From an uncultured Elusimicrobiales bacterium (GTDB lineage Bacteria; Elusimicrobiota; Elusimicrobia; Elusimicrobiales; Elusimicrobiaceae), in assembly GCA_944325225.1 (NCBI GenBank), contig CALUZQ010000004.1, positions 579 to 64,578 of the forward strand: a stretch of DNA of 64,000 nt. The letters are read 5' to 3'. Within the stretch, counting starts at the first letter, position 1, and each line of letters starts with the position of its first letter. The translations under genes and the position numbers were made by a program. Positions 37,177 through 46,852 of the stretch are shown piece by piece. The notes beneath the pieces were generated by a model that was not told where the DNA came from, searched no databases, and saw only the letters and a list, made by a program, of their open reading frames with translations.

Positions 37177-37673
37177 AAAGGCCCCATCAAACGGCGCATT
37201 TTGTGCAAGGCACGGTATAAAACCGTACCGACATTGCTTTCGCTTAATTTTGTTACGGCTGCAATCTGACGGTTGTTCAGCCCCGAATAAAATTTAAGCG
37301 CTACCAAGTCCCGCTCTTTTGCGGACAATTTTCCCACGGCTCTTAACACGCGTTCTCGCAGATTTTTTTCCTCGGTTTGTTCGGCCGGGGTTTTATCTGT
37401 ACCGGGGAACAACTCGTCCGGGGTATCGGTCAGCGAAAAAATATGCGTTACCCAAAACAGCCGCCAGTACATATTGGTTTCATTCCGGGCGATGGTAAAA
37501 AGCCATTGGGAGAATGTACCTTTGGCCGGGTCATACGAAGCCAGGTTTTCGTAACATTTCTGCCAGGTATTGGCGGATATATCCTCGGCCGCGGCCGCAT
37601 TGCGCACCCGGGCCAGGATATAGGCGTAAACCGGTTTGAAATACTGATTATACTGGGCTTCAAATGACACCAT
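37173..37673 (-). CDS. ECF sigma-70 factor
   Basis: AEDI...TW, FSQWLFTIARN (region 2), ERDLVALKFYSGLNNRQIA...ESNVGTVLYRA (region 4). Confidence 0.92.
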   Translation of the reverse strand: MVSFEAQYNQYFKPVYAYILARVRNAAAAEDISANTWQKCYENLASYDPAKGTFSQWLFTIARNETNMYWRLFWVTHIFSLTDTPDELFPGTDKTPAEQTEEKNLRERVLRAVGKLSAKERDLVALKFYSGLNNRQIAAVTKLSESNVGTVLYRALHKMRRLMGPL

Positions 37674-37769
37674 GCTACTTATACTATGCGGCTGCGGAAA
37701 AAGTATCACACTTTTATTATTGTAGCTTTTATGGAAAGATCTTGCTTCTCCGCTTGCGGCCGAGGTGCT

Positions 37770-38390
37770 TTAAGACAGGGAATTCAGCCACGCAATAATT
37801 TTATTTTCTACCGCGTTGTCATATTGCGGCCCCAGGTTGTTGAAGGATTCCCCTTTTAATAAGCGGGCGTTTTGGGCGCGGGCGGCGAAATCTTCAAAAA
37901 AGGTGCCGTAATTGCTTCCCTGCGTGGAGAAGGGAACTACTTTTTTGTTTTTAAAATCCATTTCCCGCAAAAACTGCAGCACGGGCGTAGCGGCGGTGTA
38001 CCACCAAATGGGGGAACCCACAAACAGGGTATCGTAGGCGGAAATATCCGGCAGGGGTTTTTGGAGCGCAGGATAGTTGCCGGTGGAAAGCTGGCGTTTG
38101 AGGGTGAGGTAAACCCACGGAGTAAAAGACAGGGGTTTTTCCAGCTCAATGCGGTATAGATCCGCCTGGGTATATTTTTGAATGCGCTGGGCGATATCCT
38201 GGGTATGGCCGGACCACGAATAATAAATAATTAATGTTTTGCCCAGATTGGCCGTATAGCGGATAGGCGCTGCTTGAAACGGGGCCATTTCTTTTTTGTT
38301 GCGCTGGGCTACGCGCAGCAAATGGATACCGCCGACGGCGCCTCCCAATAACCCGGCGGCTAAAAGAACAAGCAGAATCATTTTAAGCAT
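37770..38390 (-). CDS. Flavodoxin (Flavodoxin_4) with N-terminal anchor
   Basis: YYSWSGHT, VGSPIWW, PFSTQGS. Confidence 0.85.
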   Translation of the reverse strand: MLKMILLVLLAAGLLGGAVGGIHLLRVAQRNKKEMAPFQAAPIRYTANLGKTLIIYYSWSGHTQDIAQRIQKYTQADLYRIELEKPLSFTPWVYLTLKRQLSTGNYPALQKPLPDISAYDTLFVGSPIWWYTAATPVLQFLREMDFKNKKVVPFSTQGSNYGTFFEDFAARAQNARLLKGESFNNLGPQYDNAVENKIIAWLNSLS

Positions 38391-39060
38391 GTGTGTTTTC
38401 TCCCGAAACGGCTTTCGGGGCAGAAAGCCAGTTTATAAACAAATGTGCGCCCGCGGCCGCCAGAAAAAGAATGGCCAGATGGCCCGCCAGAAACGAGAAC
38501 AGCGCCCGCCCTCTTGGAATATGTACAAACGAGGTAATCCCCAGGTGCGAAAATACTTTCCAATAGAAAAGGGCGTAAATCCCGTAAAATGCGGCCGCCC
38601 AGGCGGCGATTCGGCCGGGCCATACCGTCCAGGCCGGAGCCAGCCGCTGTATCAGCGGCATGAAGAGTCCGCCGTGTAATCCTAAGTGTATGGCGGACAA
38701 TAAAAAACCCCAATAGGCAAAGAACGGGTGCCAGCGTCTGGCTGCCCACGAACCTTCCAATTGTAAAAAGCTGAACACTTTTCTGGAAAGGAGAATGCTG
38801 CTTAGGGCCAGCCCAATCATAACAAGCAACAACAACAAATTGACCAGCGTCAGTACGGTGCGCCGGGCATTGTAATTCCCGCGCAGCAATCCCTTATACC
38901 AACCGGCATTGAGTAGGTTGTGCAGGATAAAACAAACTAGCAGCGCCGCACCCAGCAGTTCATGCGGTAGGTTACCCGTAAACGGGTAGGCCAACGATAA
39001 AAGAAAGAGGACGGTCATTGTAAAATCCAGCCCTAATTTGAGGGAAATTTTCAGCTTCAT
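38383..39060 (-). CDS. DUF4405 membrane protein
   Basis: HELLG...HN.LN..WY, H...AYWGF....IHLGLH heme-type His pattern. Confidence 0.8.
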   Translation of the reverse strand: MKLKISLKLGLDFTMTVLFLLSLAYPFTGNLPHELLGAALLVCFILHNLLNAGWYKGLLRGNYNARRTVLTLVNLLLLLVMIGLALSSILLSRKVFSFLQLEGSWAARRWHPFFAYWGFLLSAIHLGLHGGLFMPLIQRLAPAWTVWPGRIAAWAAAFYGIYALFYWKVFSHLGITSFVHIPRGRALFSFLAGHLAILFLAAAGAHLFINWLSAPKAVSGENTHA

Positions 39061-39078
39061 ACCGTCCTCCTTTTATTA

Positions 39079-39681
39079 TTATAGCGTTTCTGCGGCCGCT
39101 TTTTCCAACCAGTTTTGCAAATCGGCCGGCTTCGCGCCGGAACTTCGGCCGGGGAAAGTTGCCGCCGGCAGGAAGGACGCCGCGGGGAGCTGTTGGTGCA
39201 TGTCGCTTTCACAATGCTGCATACCGCCTCCCCCGTGGGTAAAAAATGGGACAAGGCGTTTGCCGGAAAAATCGTACTGCGCCAAAAAAGTTTTTACCGC
39301 CGGGGCATAAGTGCCCCACCAGTTGGGGGATCCGACGAAAATTAAATCGTACTGTTCCCAGCCGGATACTTTCTTTTTCAATTCGGGCCTAAAACCCGCA
39401 TTAATTTCTTTTTTGGCTTGGGCGGTTAATTGGTTATAAGCAGAAGGATAAGTTTGTACCGTTTCCAGAGCGAATAAATCTGCGCCGGTAATTTGGGCAA
39501 TTTGCCGGGCTACGGCCTGGGTATTGCCGGAATGGGAGTAATAGGCCACTAAGATTTTTTGGCCGGGGAAAGGGTTTTGGGGTATAACGGCGGCGCTTCC
39601 GGCTTCGCCGGTATCGGTATTGCAGGCGGCGGCCGTTAAAAAAAGCAGGCCGGAACAAAGGTATCGGGTAATTTTTTGCAT
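39079..39681 (-). CDS. Flavodoxin (Flavodoxin_4), lipoprotein
   Basis: Lipobox TAAA-C; YYSHSGNT, VGSPNWW, PFFTHGGGG. Confidence 0.87.
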   Translation of the reverse strand: MQKITRYLCSGLLFLTAAACNTDTGEAGSAAVIPQNPFPGQKILVAYYSHSGNTQAVARQIAQITGADLFALETVQTYPSAYNQLTAQAKKEINAGFRPELKKKVSGWEQYDLIFVGSPNWWGTYAPAVKTFLAQYDFSGKRLVPFFTHGGGGMQHCESDMHQQLPAASFLPAATFPGRSSGAKPADLQNWLEKAAAETL

Positions 39682-39691
39682 ACAGTTTCTC

Positions 39692-40192
39692 CTATTTATA
39701 TTCTGAATCGGCTACGGGGTCCAGCCAATCGGTCTTTCCGTTTTGGCCGGCGTTCGTTTCTAAAGAGAGGTGCACAAACCAGCTGTTTGGTGCGGCTCCG
39801 TGCCAGTGAATAACACCCGGGGCGATGCGGACAATTTCTCCTTTTTGCAGTACGCGGATTTCTTTCCCTTTTTCTTGGTAGCGCCCTTCTCCATTTAAAA
39901 CCAGCAGGATTTGTCCGCCGCCGTGCTTGTGCCAATGGGTGCGGGCACCGGGCTCAAAAGTTACATTTCCAATGGGGGCATTGAAAATATGCTCTTTTTC
40001 GCTAAGCATAGTCAGGTAAGTTTGACCGGTAAAAAATTTACTGTAGGGGTTAGGTTCTCCTTGCGGAAATATCGTATCTATGGGTGCTTTTTGCATAAGA
40101 GGGTGCTCCTTTTGAGGTGTTTTGGGGGACATCGCCGCCGTAAATAAGAAGGCGGCTGCCACACAGCAAAGAATCGTTTTATAGTGTGTCAT
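39692..40192 (-). CDS. Cupin domain protein
   Basis: NVTFEPGARTHWHKH...GQIL, HWHGA. Confidence 0.88.
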   Translation of the reverse strand: MTHYKTILCCVAAAFLFTAAMSPKTPQKEHPLMQKAPIDTIFPQGEPNPYSKFFTGQTYLTMLSEKEHIFNAPIGNVTFEPGARTHWHKHGGGQILLVLNGEGRYQEKGKEIRVLQKGEIVRIAPGVIHWHGAAPNSWFVHLSLETNAGQNGKTDWLDPVADSEYK

Positions 40193-40195
40193 AAA

Positions 40196-40936
40196 TTATC
40201 CTTTTGCATTTGTCTGTCGGCTTTGAAGAACGGCCTGCAGGGTGTTCAATCCTTGTTGGGCGATTTTACGGTCGTTAGTTTTTTGGATAACGCCCATAAT
40301 GCCTGCCAACTGTTCCGGGGTTACGCCCACATTCAAAGCCATCGCAATATGGGCTTGCAGTTGGGGGGTTACATCGCCCAATGCCGCCAGCGCCGCCACG
40401 GTGGCCATTTCGCGCTCCGAAAAAGGGAGCACCCCGCGGGCGAAAATATCAGCAAACAAATGTTCTTTTAAAAAAGTATCCGTTGCCTGGATAAATACCG
40501 GCGGATGACTGGGAAGCGGCGCGGCAAGCAATACTTCCAAGTTTTTTTTGCCCAGTTCATATTTATCGGTGCCAGCGGGAATCGGCCGGGGCTGCGGCCC
40601 GGTAATATCCGGCCGTCCTTCGGCTTGTCGTTTGGCCAGCACGCTTTCCAACACCCCGGCGGCATTTAAGCAGCGCGGAAAGCCGGTATAAGCGTATAAC
40701 TGCAGGATGATCTCTTTCAATTCGTTTACGCTGAGTTCGTTCTCCAGGGCTTGGTTAAAGGATTTCTCCAGTTTATCTAAACGGCCCACCGCCGCCAGTG
40801 CGGCAGTTTGGGCGATGGACTGCTGGCGGGCGGTCAGATTTTTCCGGGCTTGTTTCCAGTCATAGGCCTGCAAAGCGGCGGTGCCCAGAAAACCGGCCGC
40901 CAGCAAACTGGTAATGCGTTTTTGTGTAAAAGTCAT
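40196..40936 (-). CDS. Carboxymuconolactone decarboxylase (CMD) family protein
   Basis: Two CMD repeats (EIILQLYAYTGFPRCLNA; EHLFADIFAR...REMATVAAL); RBS AGGAGG before ATG 40936. Confidence 0.87.
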   Translation of the reverse strand: MTFTQKRITSLLAAGFLGTAALQAYDWKQARKNLTARQQSIAQTAALAAVGRLDKLEKSFNQALENELSVNELKEIILQLYAYTGFPRCLNAAGVLESVLAKRQAEGRPDITGPQPRPIPAGTDKYELGKKNLEVLLAAPLPSHPPVFIQATDTFLKEHLFADIFARGVLPFSEREMATVAALAALGDVTPQLQAHIAMALNVGVTPEQLAGIMGVIQKTNDRKIAQQGLNTLQAVLQSRQTNAKG

Positions 40937-40952
40937 AAACCCTCCTGTTTTT

Positions 40953-40983
40953 AGTATAAACCTTGGAGTTGACTCCAAGTCAA
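40953..40983 (-). promoter_or_regulatory. MerR-type promoter/operator
   Basis: TTGACT-19bp-TATACT with dyad CTTGGAGT-TG-ACTCCAAG (40962-40979). Confidence 0.85.
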
Positions 40984-41101
40984 GCCCCTTTTTAAAAAAC
41001 AGTATGAGGGGTGCAAGCCGGGTAAATAGATCCCCCGGCTGGGCCGGGGGCTGAGGCAGAACGGTGCGCAAACGGCGGGACCGTTTCAATGAGAAGAGAT
41101 A

Positions 41102-41638
41102 TTAGCAGTTTTTTCCGGCCCGGTAGGCCGCTTCAAAGGCGGGGGTGTCTTTAATTTCCCCTTTTTGCCAGGCGCCCGTTCCGTAGATGACGGCTTTTTC
41201 GCGGGCTCCTTCCAAGCAGTCTTCGGTAAATCCGCGCAGGGCTTCTACGGTGCGGGCGAGATTCTTTTTTTGCGTATCTGCGGCGGCCAGGAGGAAGTAA
41301 AAATCCTTATTGCTTATTTCCGTATAACGGGGGACGGTACGGTCTATAAAAGTTTTCAGCTGTCCGTCCATGGAATAGAAATAAACAGGGGTGGCCAGCA
41401 CAATAACATCGGCTTGCACCATTTTCTCCAGCAGGAGGGCCATATCGTCTGGCTGTACGCAGCGGTGGGTGGCGTTGCAAACGCCGCAGCCCGTGCAGTA
41501 ATGGATTTTCTGTTCGGACAGACGAATTTTCTCCACCCGGTGTCCGGCCTCTTGGGCGCCTTTTAAAAACTGGTCGCAAAGCAGATCGGAATTGCCGCCC
41601 CGGCGGGGGCTGGAAGAAATAATCAGTACATTTTTCAT
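41102..41638 (-). CDS. NADPH-dependent FMN reductase / iron-sulfur flavoprotein family
   Basis: SSSPRRGGNS, CTGCGVC....C, ATPVYFY. Confidence 0.88.
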   Translation of the reverse strand: MKNVLIISSSPRRGGNSDLLCDQFLKGAQEAGHRVEKIRLSEQKIHYCTGCGVCNATHRCVQPDDMALLLEKMVQADVIVLATPVYFYSMDGQLKTFIDRTVPRYTEISNKDFYFLLAAADTQKKNLARTVEALRGFTEDCLEGAREKAVIYGTGAWQKGEIKDTPAFEAAYRAGKNC

Positions 41639-41738
41639 ATTTGGTTTACCTCATTTTAACAGTTTCTTTTCACTGCTTGGAAGCCAAAGCATTAATTTCT
41701 TGAATTTGGTTTACCTCATTTTAACAGTTTCTTTTCAC
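41639..41738. repeat. Exact 35-bp direct repeat pair separated by 30 bp
   Basis: ATTTGGTTTACCTCATTTTAACAGTTTCTTTTCAC at 41639-41673 and 41704-41738. Confidence 0.9.
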
Positions 41739-42093
41739 AGGCCACTATTCTTTCTTCATACACCGAAATTTTATAATTCAGCCGTTTTAGGGTTTGCTGC
41801 ATTTTGTGAATGCGTGCTTTTAACCGGTCCCGTTCGGTTATTAATAAATCCTTGCGTTTCTGCAGGGTACGGTTGCCTTTGGCGTAAAGAGCAATATATT
41901 GCGTAAGCATTTCAATAGACAGCCCGGCTTCCCGCATACATTTAATAAATTCCACCCAGCCGCAGTCCGTTTCCGTATAATCGCGGATTCCGTTTTCCTT
42001 GCGGTTGACCGGCGGAATGAGCCCGGCTTTTTCATAATAACGCAGGGTATCGGCGCTGATGCCGTATTTTTGGCTGACTTCGGATATGGTCAT
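41716..42093 (-). CDS. MerR family transcriptional regulator (AdhR-like)
   Basis: MTISEVS...ISADTLRYYEKAGLIP...NGIRDY, coiled-coil C-terminus. Confidence 0.93.
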   Translation of the reverse strand: MTISEVSQKYGISADTLRYYEKAGLIPPVNRKENGIRDYTETDCGWVEFIKCMREAGLSIEMLTQYIALYAKGNRTLQKRKDLLITERDRLKARIHKMQQTLKRLNYKISVYEERIVACEKKLLK

Positions 42094-42120
42094 ATCGGTT
42101 CCTCCCGGCTGATTTCTTAT

Positions 42121-42151
42121 ATTGTAATACTTGGAGTTGGCTCCAAGTCAA
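42121..42151 (-). promoter_or_regulatory. MerR-type autoregulatory promoter/operator
   Basis: TTGACT-19bp-TACAAT with dyad CTTGGAG-TTGG-CTCCAAG (42130-42147), same dyad as at 40962. Confidence 0.85.
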
Positions 42152-42206
42152 GCCGTTTAAAAAAGGAACTTGATTGGCAAGTTCCTTTTGGGCGAGAGTC
42201 ATGCGG

Positions 42207-43436
42207 TTAAATTTCGTTTTGAAGGCAGGCCGCAGGTTCTTTTGGGTGCAGAGCGATGAGCCCGCATATACAGGAGCCCACTGCACAGCAAATAAATGTA
42301 ATGCCGGTGGAAATTAAGATATTCCCCAACCCCACCAACGGAGAAACAATACTGCCAAATAAAAACCCGGCTGCGCCCAATAAAGCCGAACCCGTCCCGG
42401 CTTGCTCGCGGGCATTTTCCATCGCCAGGGTAGTTCCGGCCGTAAAAGTAAGCCCCAGCGTGAAAAGCAGCAACAGCAACAATCCTTCAAATATCCATAC
42501 AGACGCCTGGGCCGCCAAGGCCATACATACCAGCACGCTGAGCAATAACATGCCCCCGCAGCTGATGAAAATACATGTTTCCTGCCGCTTAAATTTAACC
42601 GAAATGCCGGCCCCCGTTACAATAGCCAGCGAATTTAAGCCAAAAAATAAACTAAATGCAAAAGGACTGAACCCGTAATGCTGCTGCAGAATAAACGGAG
42701 AGGACGCAATATAACCAAACAGAATGGCTTGGGCAAAAGCCATTTGCAATACGCAGAAGGTATATTTACGCTTTTTTATTACTTCTTTAAACAAGCCCAA
42801 GGTATGTATTATTTTTTCTTTGGAGCGCTTTGTGTGGGAGAGGGATTCGTTAAAATGTACACAGGCCGCACTTAAAAACAGACCCAGTGTAAAAAGAATC
42901 CAGAAGATTCCCTGCCAGCTCGTTATTTTTAATACACTCCCGCCCAGTACCGGGGCCGCCACCGGCGCGATACCGTTGATGGCGCCAATAATAGCCAGGG
43001 CTTTGGCTAAGTTGTTTCCTTTGAATTTATCGGTAGCAATAGAACGCGAAATAACAATTCCGCCGGCGCCGGCAATCCCTTGAATAAACCGCAGGGCAAT
43101 AAATACTTTTATATTGGGAGCAAAAATACAGGCCAGCGTGGACAGCAAAAACAGTCCCATAGAAATAAGAAGCGGCAGCCGCCGGCCGAATTTATCACTG
43201 AGCGGCCCGAACAAAATCTGGCCCGCCGCTAAGCCCAGCATGGAGAAAGTCAGCCCCAGCTGTACTTCAGACGCGCTGGCGTGAAAAAAGTCCGTCATCG
43301 CCGGCAAACTGGGTAAATACATATCGGTTACGAACGGGCCGAAAGCCGTCAGCATACCCAGGAATACAAATAAAAAAAAGGCCGAATTGTGCCTTTTTGC
43401 GGAGAATCCCTGCCAGGTTTTTTGGTGTTGTTTCAT
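42207..43436 (-). CDS. Bcr/CflA family MFS multidrug efflux transporter
   Basis: TDMYLPSLP, GPLSDKFGRR, 12 TM pattern. Confidence 0.92.
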   Translation of the reverse strand: MKQHQKTWQGFSAKRHNSAFFLFVFLGMLTAFGPFVTDMYLPSLPAMTDFFHASASEVQLGLTFSMLGLAAGQILFGPLSDKFGRRLPLLISMGLFLLSTLACIFAPNIKVFIALRFIQGIAGAGGIVISRSIATDKFKGNNLAKALAIIGAINGIAPVAAPVLGGSVLKITSWQGIFWILFTLGLFLSAACVHFNESLSHTKRSKEKIIHTLGLFKEVIKKRKYTFCVLQMAFAQAILFGYIASSPFILQQHYGFSPFAFSLFFGLNSLAIVTGAGISVKFKRQETCIFISCGGMLLLSVLVCMALAAQASVWIFEGLLLLLLFTLGLTFTAGTTLAMENAREQAGTGSALLGAAGFLFGSIVSPLVGLGNILISTGITFICCAVGSCICGLIALHPKEPAACLQNEI

Positions 43437-43539
43437 TTTAAATATTGTATCTTTTTCCCTGGTAAAGTTTCAAATGACGGGCCGTAAAAAGCCGGGTTCC
43501 CGGTTGCCTGGTTTCCCCGGAAACAGGTACAATATATAA

Positions 43540-44496
43540 ATGAGTCATATATTCCGTTTTTGTTTGCTTTTGCCGGTTGTGCTGGGGGGATTTCCCCAGG
43601 TGTGTGCGGCCCAGAAAACGCCGGCAGCGGCGGTGCGTTCGCTGGTAAAAAATCCGGCTGGATTTACGGCCGGCTTAGACCGCCAAACCCGTTTTTTAGG
43701 CGTTTTGCCTCCCGCCGCATGGACCGGTGCAGCCCCTATACGGAATGCTCTAAAGTCGGATTTAAAAGTGCCGGCCGGGCTGCTTGAACAATGGATAAAG
43801 CCGCAGCTTTCCGCCGGCGGGAAAATGGCCGTATTCCCCGGCAGACAAACCGTGGACGCCGTAATTTTTGATTTGGACGGTACTTTGCTGGATTCTTTAA
43901 ACGCATGGGATAAGGCGGCCGTTTATTACCTGCGCGGGCTGGGTATAGAGCCCCCGCCGGAATTTGATCAGATTGTGGCGCATCTTCCGTTAATGGAAGG
44001 AGCGTTGCTGGCAAAAAGGCAATTTAATTTGCCGCTAACGCCGGAAGAAATTTTGGAAGCCACCCTCGCCCCTGTGCGCAAACGCTATTTGACCGATATC
44101 CCCGCCAAGCCCGGCGTACCGGCTATGATTCGTTTTTTGCACGCACAGGGCATCAAACTGTGCATTGCCACCGCATCGGACGGAGCCATGGCCGAAGCCG
44201 CTTTAAAACGGCTGGGGCTGTGGGAATACTTTGATTTTTTGATTACCTGTGATGAAGTAGGGGTTGGAAAAAATCAGCCCGCCGTCTATGAAGCGGCCTT
44301 GGCCCGGCTGGGCACTCAAAAAGCCCGTACTTTGGTGGTGGAGGACGCCCTGCACGCCCTGCAGACGGCCAAGCGGGCCGGGTTTCGGACGGCCGCCATC
44401 GCCGATGAATACTATGAACCAAAAAGCCAAGTGCTTTTAATGCGCGAAGCCGATTATTATATTCCTGCTTTTGACCGCTGCCGTTTTGAACGGTAG
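43540..44496 (+). CDS. HAD family phosphatase with N-terminal extension
   Basis: FDLDGTLLDS, IATAS, GKNQP, VVEDALH motifs I-IV. Confidence 0.85.
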   Translation: MSHIFRFCLLLPVVLGGFPQVCAAQKTPAAAVRSLVKNPAGFTAGLDRQTRFLGVLPPAAWTGAAPIRNALKSDLKVPAGLLEQWIKPQLSAGGKMAVFPGRQTVDAVIFDLDGTLLDSLNAWDKAAVYYLRGLGIEPPPEFDQIVAHLPLMEGALLAKRQFNLPLTPEEILEATLAPVRKRYLTDIPAKPGVPAMIRFLHAQGIKLCIATASDGAMAEAALKRLGLWEYFDFLITCDEVGVGKNQPAVYEAALARLGTQKARTLVVEDALHALQTAKRAGFRTAAIADEYYEPKSQVLLMREADYYIPAFDRCRFER

Positions 44497-44562
44497 TTTT
44501 TTCGTGCGGCGGCGTTGCCGCCGGTTTATGCAAAAGGAATAGATATTTTCTGGGGGGAAATT

Positions 44563-45507
44563 GTGAAAACTGCCGCTAAAAGTTGGGTAGTTACGGGAGG
44601 AGCCGGATTTATCGGCTCGCATATTGTAAAAGCGCTGGTTGCCGCGAAACAGCGGGTAACCGTGGTGGATAATTTCTCGTCCGGTTTTGCCGAAAATTTA
44701 ATCGGTGTGGAAAAATCCATTCGGCTGGTGCAGGCGGATATTTGCCGTCTGCCGGAACTGCTGGACGCATTTTCCGGCGCGGATTTTGTGTTGCATCATG
44801 CGGCATTGGTTTCAGTGCCGCGCTCCCTGGAAGAACCCGAAGCCACCTGGCAGATTAATGTGCAGGGCACAGCAAATGTGTTGGAAGCGGCCCGCCGGTG
44901 CCGTGTAAAGCGGGTGGTGTTTGCGTCCTCGTGCAGTGTGTATGGTTCCTGCTTGAAACCGTGCCGGGAAAACAGCCCTTTGCGTTCCGGTTCGCCGTAT
45001 GCCCTTTCCAAGCAATTGGGGGAGGAACTCTGCCGGTTCTATACCCAAGTGTATGGCTTGGAAACGGTCATTCTTCGTTATTTTAATGTGTATGGCGAAG
45101 GGCAAAATCCGCATGCGCCGTATTCGGCGGTTATTGCCAAATTTGTAGAGGCGGCCCGCCGCGGCGAAACCCTGCAGCTGGATTGGGACGGCCGCCAAAG
45201 CCGGGATTTTATTGCCGTGCAGGATATCGCCCGCGCCAATCTGCTGGCCGCCCGCAAAGCCAAATCCGGCGAAGTTTATAATGTAGCCAGCGGGCAAACC
45301 CATTCGCTGCTGGCGCTGATCCGATTAATAGAACAAGCCGCCGGGCACCGCATTCCCCGCGTATTGCGGCCGAAGCGGTTGGGCGATGTGCGTAAATCGG
45401 CGGCGGATATTTCCAAAATTATGCGGCTGGGGTTTCGCCCGAAAATCACGCTTAAAACCGGTATCCTGCGGCTGTGGGAACAAGCAAATTTACTTCCTAA
45501 AAAATGA
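44563..45507 (+). CDS. NAD-dependent epimerase/dehydratase (extended SDR)
   Basis: TGGAGFIGSH, ASSCSVYG, YALSK, RYFNVYG. Confidence 0.92.
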   Translation: MKTAAKSWVVTGGAGFIGSHIVKALVAAKQRVTVVDNFSSGFAENLIGVEKSIRLVQADICRLPELLDAFSGADFVLHHAALVSVPRSLEEPEATWQINVQGTANVLEAARRCRVKRVVFASSCSVYGSCLKPCRENSPLRSGSPYALSKQLGEELCRFYTQVYGLETVILRYFNVYGEGQNPHAPYSAVIAKFVEAARRGETLQLDWDGRQSRDFIAVQDIARANLLAARKAKSGEVYNVASGQTHSLLALIRLIEQAAGHRIPRVLRPKRLGDVRKSAADISKIMRLGFRPKITLKTGILRLWEQANLLPKK

Positions 45508-45575
45508 CCGTTTCCCAACGCGCTCCAATATGGTATAGTAAAGGGGAAGAAGTACCATATTCAGGAGGGGAAATT

Positions 45576-46790
45576 ATGTGGGAAAAAGATATTAATATCC
45601 ATGAAGTACGCGAAATTCGCAGCCGGACGCTGGTATATTTCGGCGTGGGGGCGATTGCGAAAATTTCGGATATCTGCAAAGATTTAAAAGCCCGGGGCAT
45701 TACCAAGCTGATTGTAATGACCGGCCGCGGTGCGTATAAGAAAACCGGCGCGTGGGATTATGTGACCAAAGCGTTTGAGGAGAATGGGATTACCTATGTC
45801 CACTACGACAAAGTAACCCCCAACCCGAATACGCACCATGTGAATGAAGCGGCTAAAATGGCGGCCGATTTCGGCGCCCAGGCGATGTTGGCCATCGGCG
45901 GCGGCTCGGCCATTGACGCCGGCAAAAGCGTGGCTATTTTGATGAAGAACCCCGGCAAAACCGCCGAAGAACTTTACGAATTTAAATTCGCGCCCACCGA
46001 AGCGGCCCCGATTATTGCCATCAACCTTACGCACGGTACCGGCTCCGAAGCCAACCGCTTTGCGGTGGTCAGCATTGAAGAAAAGAATTTTAAACCCGCC
46101 ATTGCTTACGACTGCATCTATCCGCTCTATTCCATTGACGACCCGGCCTTAATGGCTGGCTTGGCCGAAAACCAGACCCGCTATGTGTCTATTGACGCCG
46201 TCAACCATGTGGTAGAAGCTTCTACGACCAAAGCCACTTCGCCCTATGCGATTGATTTGGCTGTTTCGGTGGTAAAACTGGTGGCGGAATATCTGCCGGT
46301 GGCGCTGAAAGATCCGTCCAACCTGGAAGCGCGCTATTTCCTGGCGTATGCGGCCTTGATTGCCGGTATCAGCTTTGATAACGGGCTTTTGCACTATACG
46401 CACGCGTTGGAACATCCGCTTTCCGGTGTGAACCCGAACTTGACGCACGGGCTGGGGCTGGCGATGTTGCTGCCGGCGGTGGTCAAGAATATCTATGCGG
46501 CTAAACCCGCAACGCTGGCCGATGTATTGGCCCCGATCGTGCCCGGTTTGACCGGTTGCTCCTGCGAAGCCGAACAAGTGGCCCAGGGCGTGGAAAAATG
46601 GCTCTTCTCCGTGGGGGCTACGCATAAATTGGAAGACGAAGGATTCAAAGCCGCCGATGTGGACAAATTGGTGGATTTGGCTTTCAATACGCCTTCTTTG
46701 GGCGGCTTGTTGGGTATCGCCCCGACGGAAGCTACCCCGGAATCGGTCCGCGCGATTTATACCGAATCGCTTAAACCGTACAACAAATAG
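45576..46790 (+). CDS. Iron-containing alcohol dehydrogenase
   Basis: GGGSAIDAGK, THGTGSE, DAVNH, HALEH, HGLG; RBS AGGAGG before ATG 45576. Confidence 0.92.
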   Translation: MWEKDINIHEVREIRSRTLVYFGVGAIAKISDICKDLKARGITKLIVMTGRGAYKKTGAWDYVTKAFEENGITYVHYDKVTPNPNTHHVNEAAKMAADFGAQAMLAIGGGSAIDAGKSVAILMKNPGKTAEELYEFKFAPTEAAPIIAINLTHGTGSEANRFAVVSIEEKNFKPAIAYDCIYPLYSIDDPALMAGLAENQTRYVSIDAVNHVVEASTTKATSPYAIDLAVSVVKLVAEYLPVALKDPSNLEARYFLAYAALIAGISFDNGLLHYTHALEHPLSGVNPNLTHGLGLAMLLPAVVKNIYAAKPATLADVLAPIVPGLTGCSCEAEQVAQGVEKWLFSVGATHKLEDEGFKAADVDKLVDLAFNTPSLGGLLGIAPTEATPESVRAIYTESLKPYNK

Positions 46791-46806
46791 CTATTGGTGT
46801 TACTGT

Positions 46807-46835
46807 AAAAACCCCGGCCTAAGGCCGGGGTTTTT
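46807..46835. terminator. Bidirectional terminator
   Basis: AAAAACCCCGGCC-TAA-GGCCGGGGTTTTT. Confidence 0.8.
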
Positions 46836-46852
46836 TATGATAAGTATATATT

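Noticed and set aside
41005-41095. TPP-riboswitch-like GGGGTGC...GCTGAG string
   Set aside because: Lacks the downstream ACCTGA/TAATGC core and is on the strand opposite to the adjacent genes
41639-41738. Minimal CRISPR array (35-bp repeats, 30-bp spacer)
   Set aside because: Only two repeats, no cas genes or leader in the window, and the repeat consists of the merR stop codon plus the next RBS
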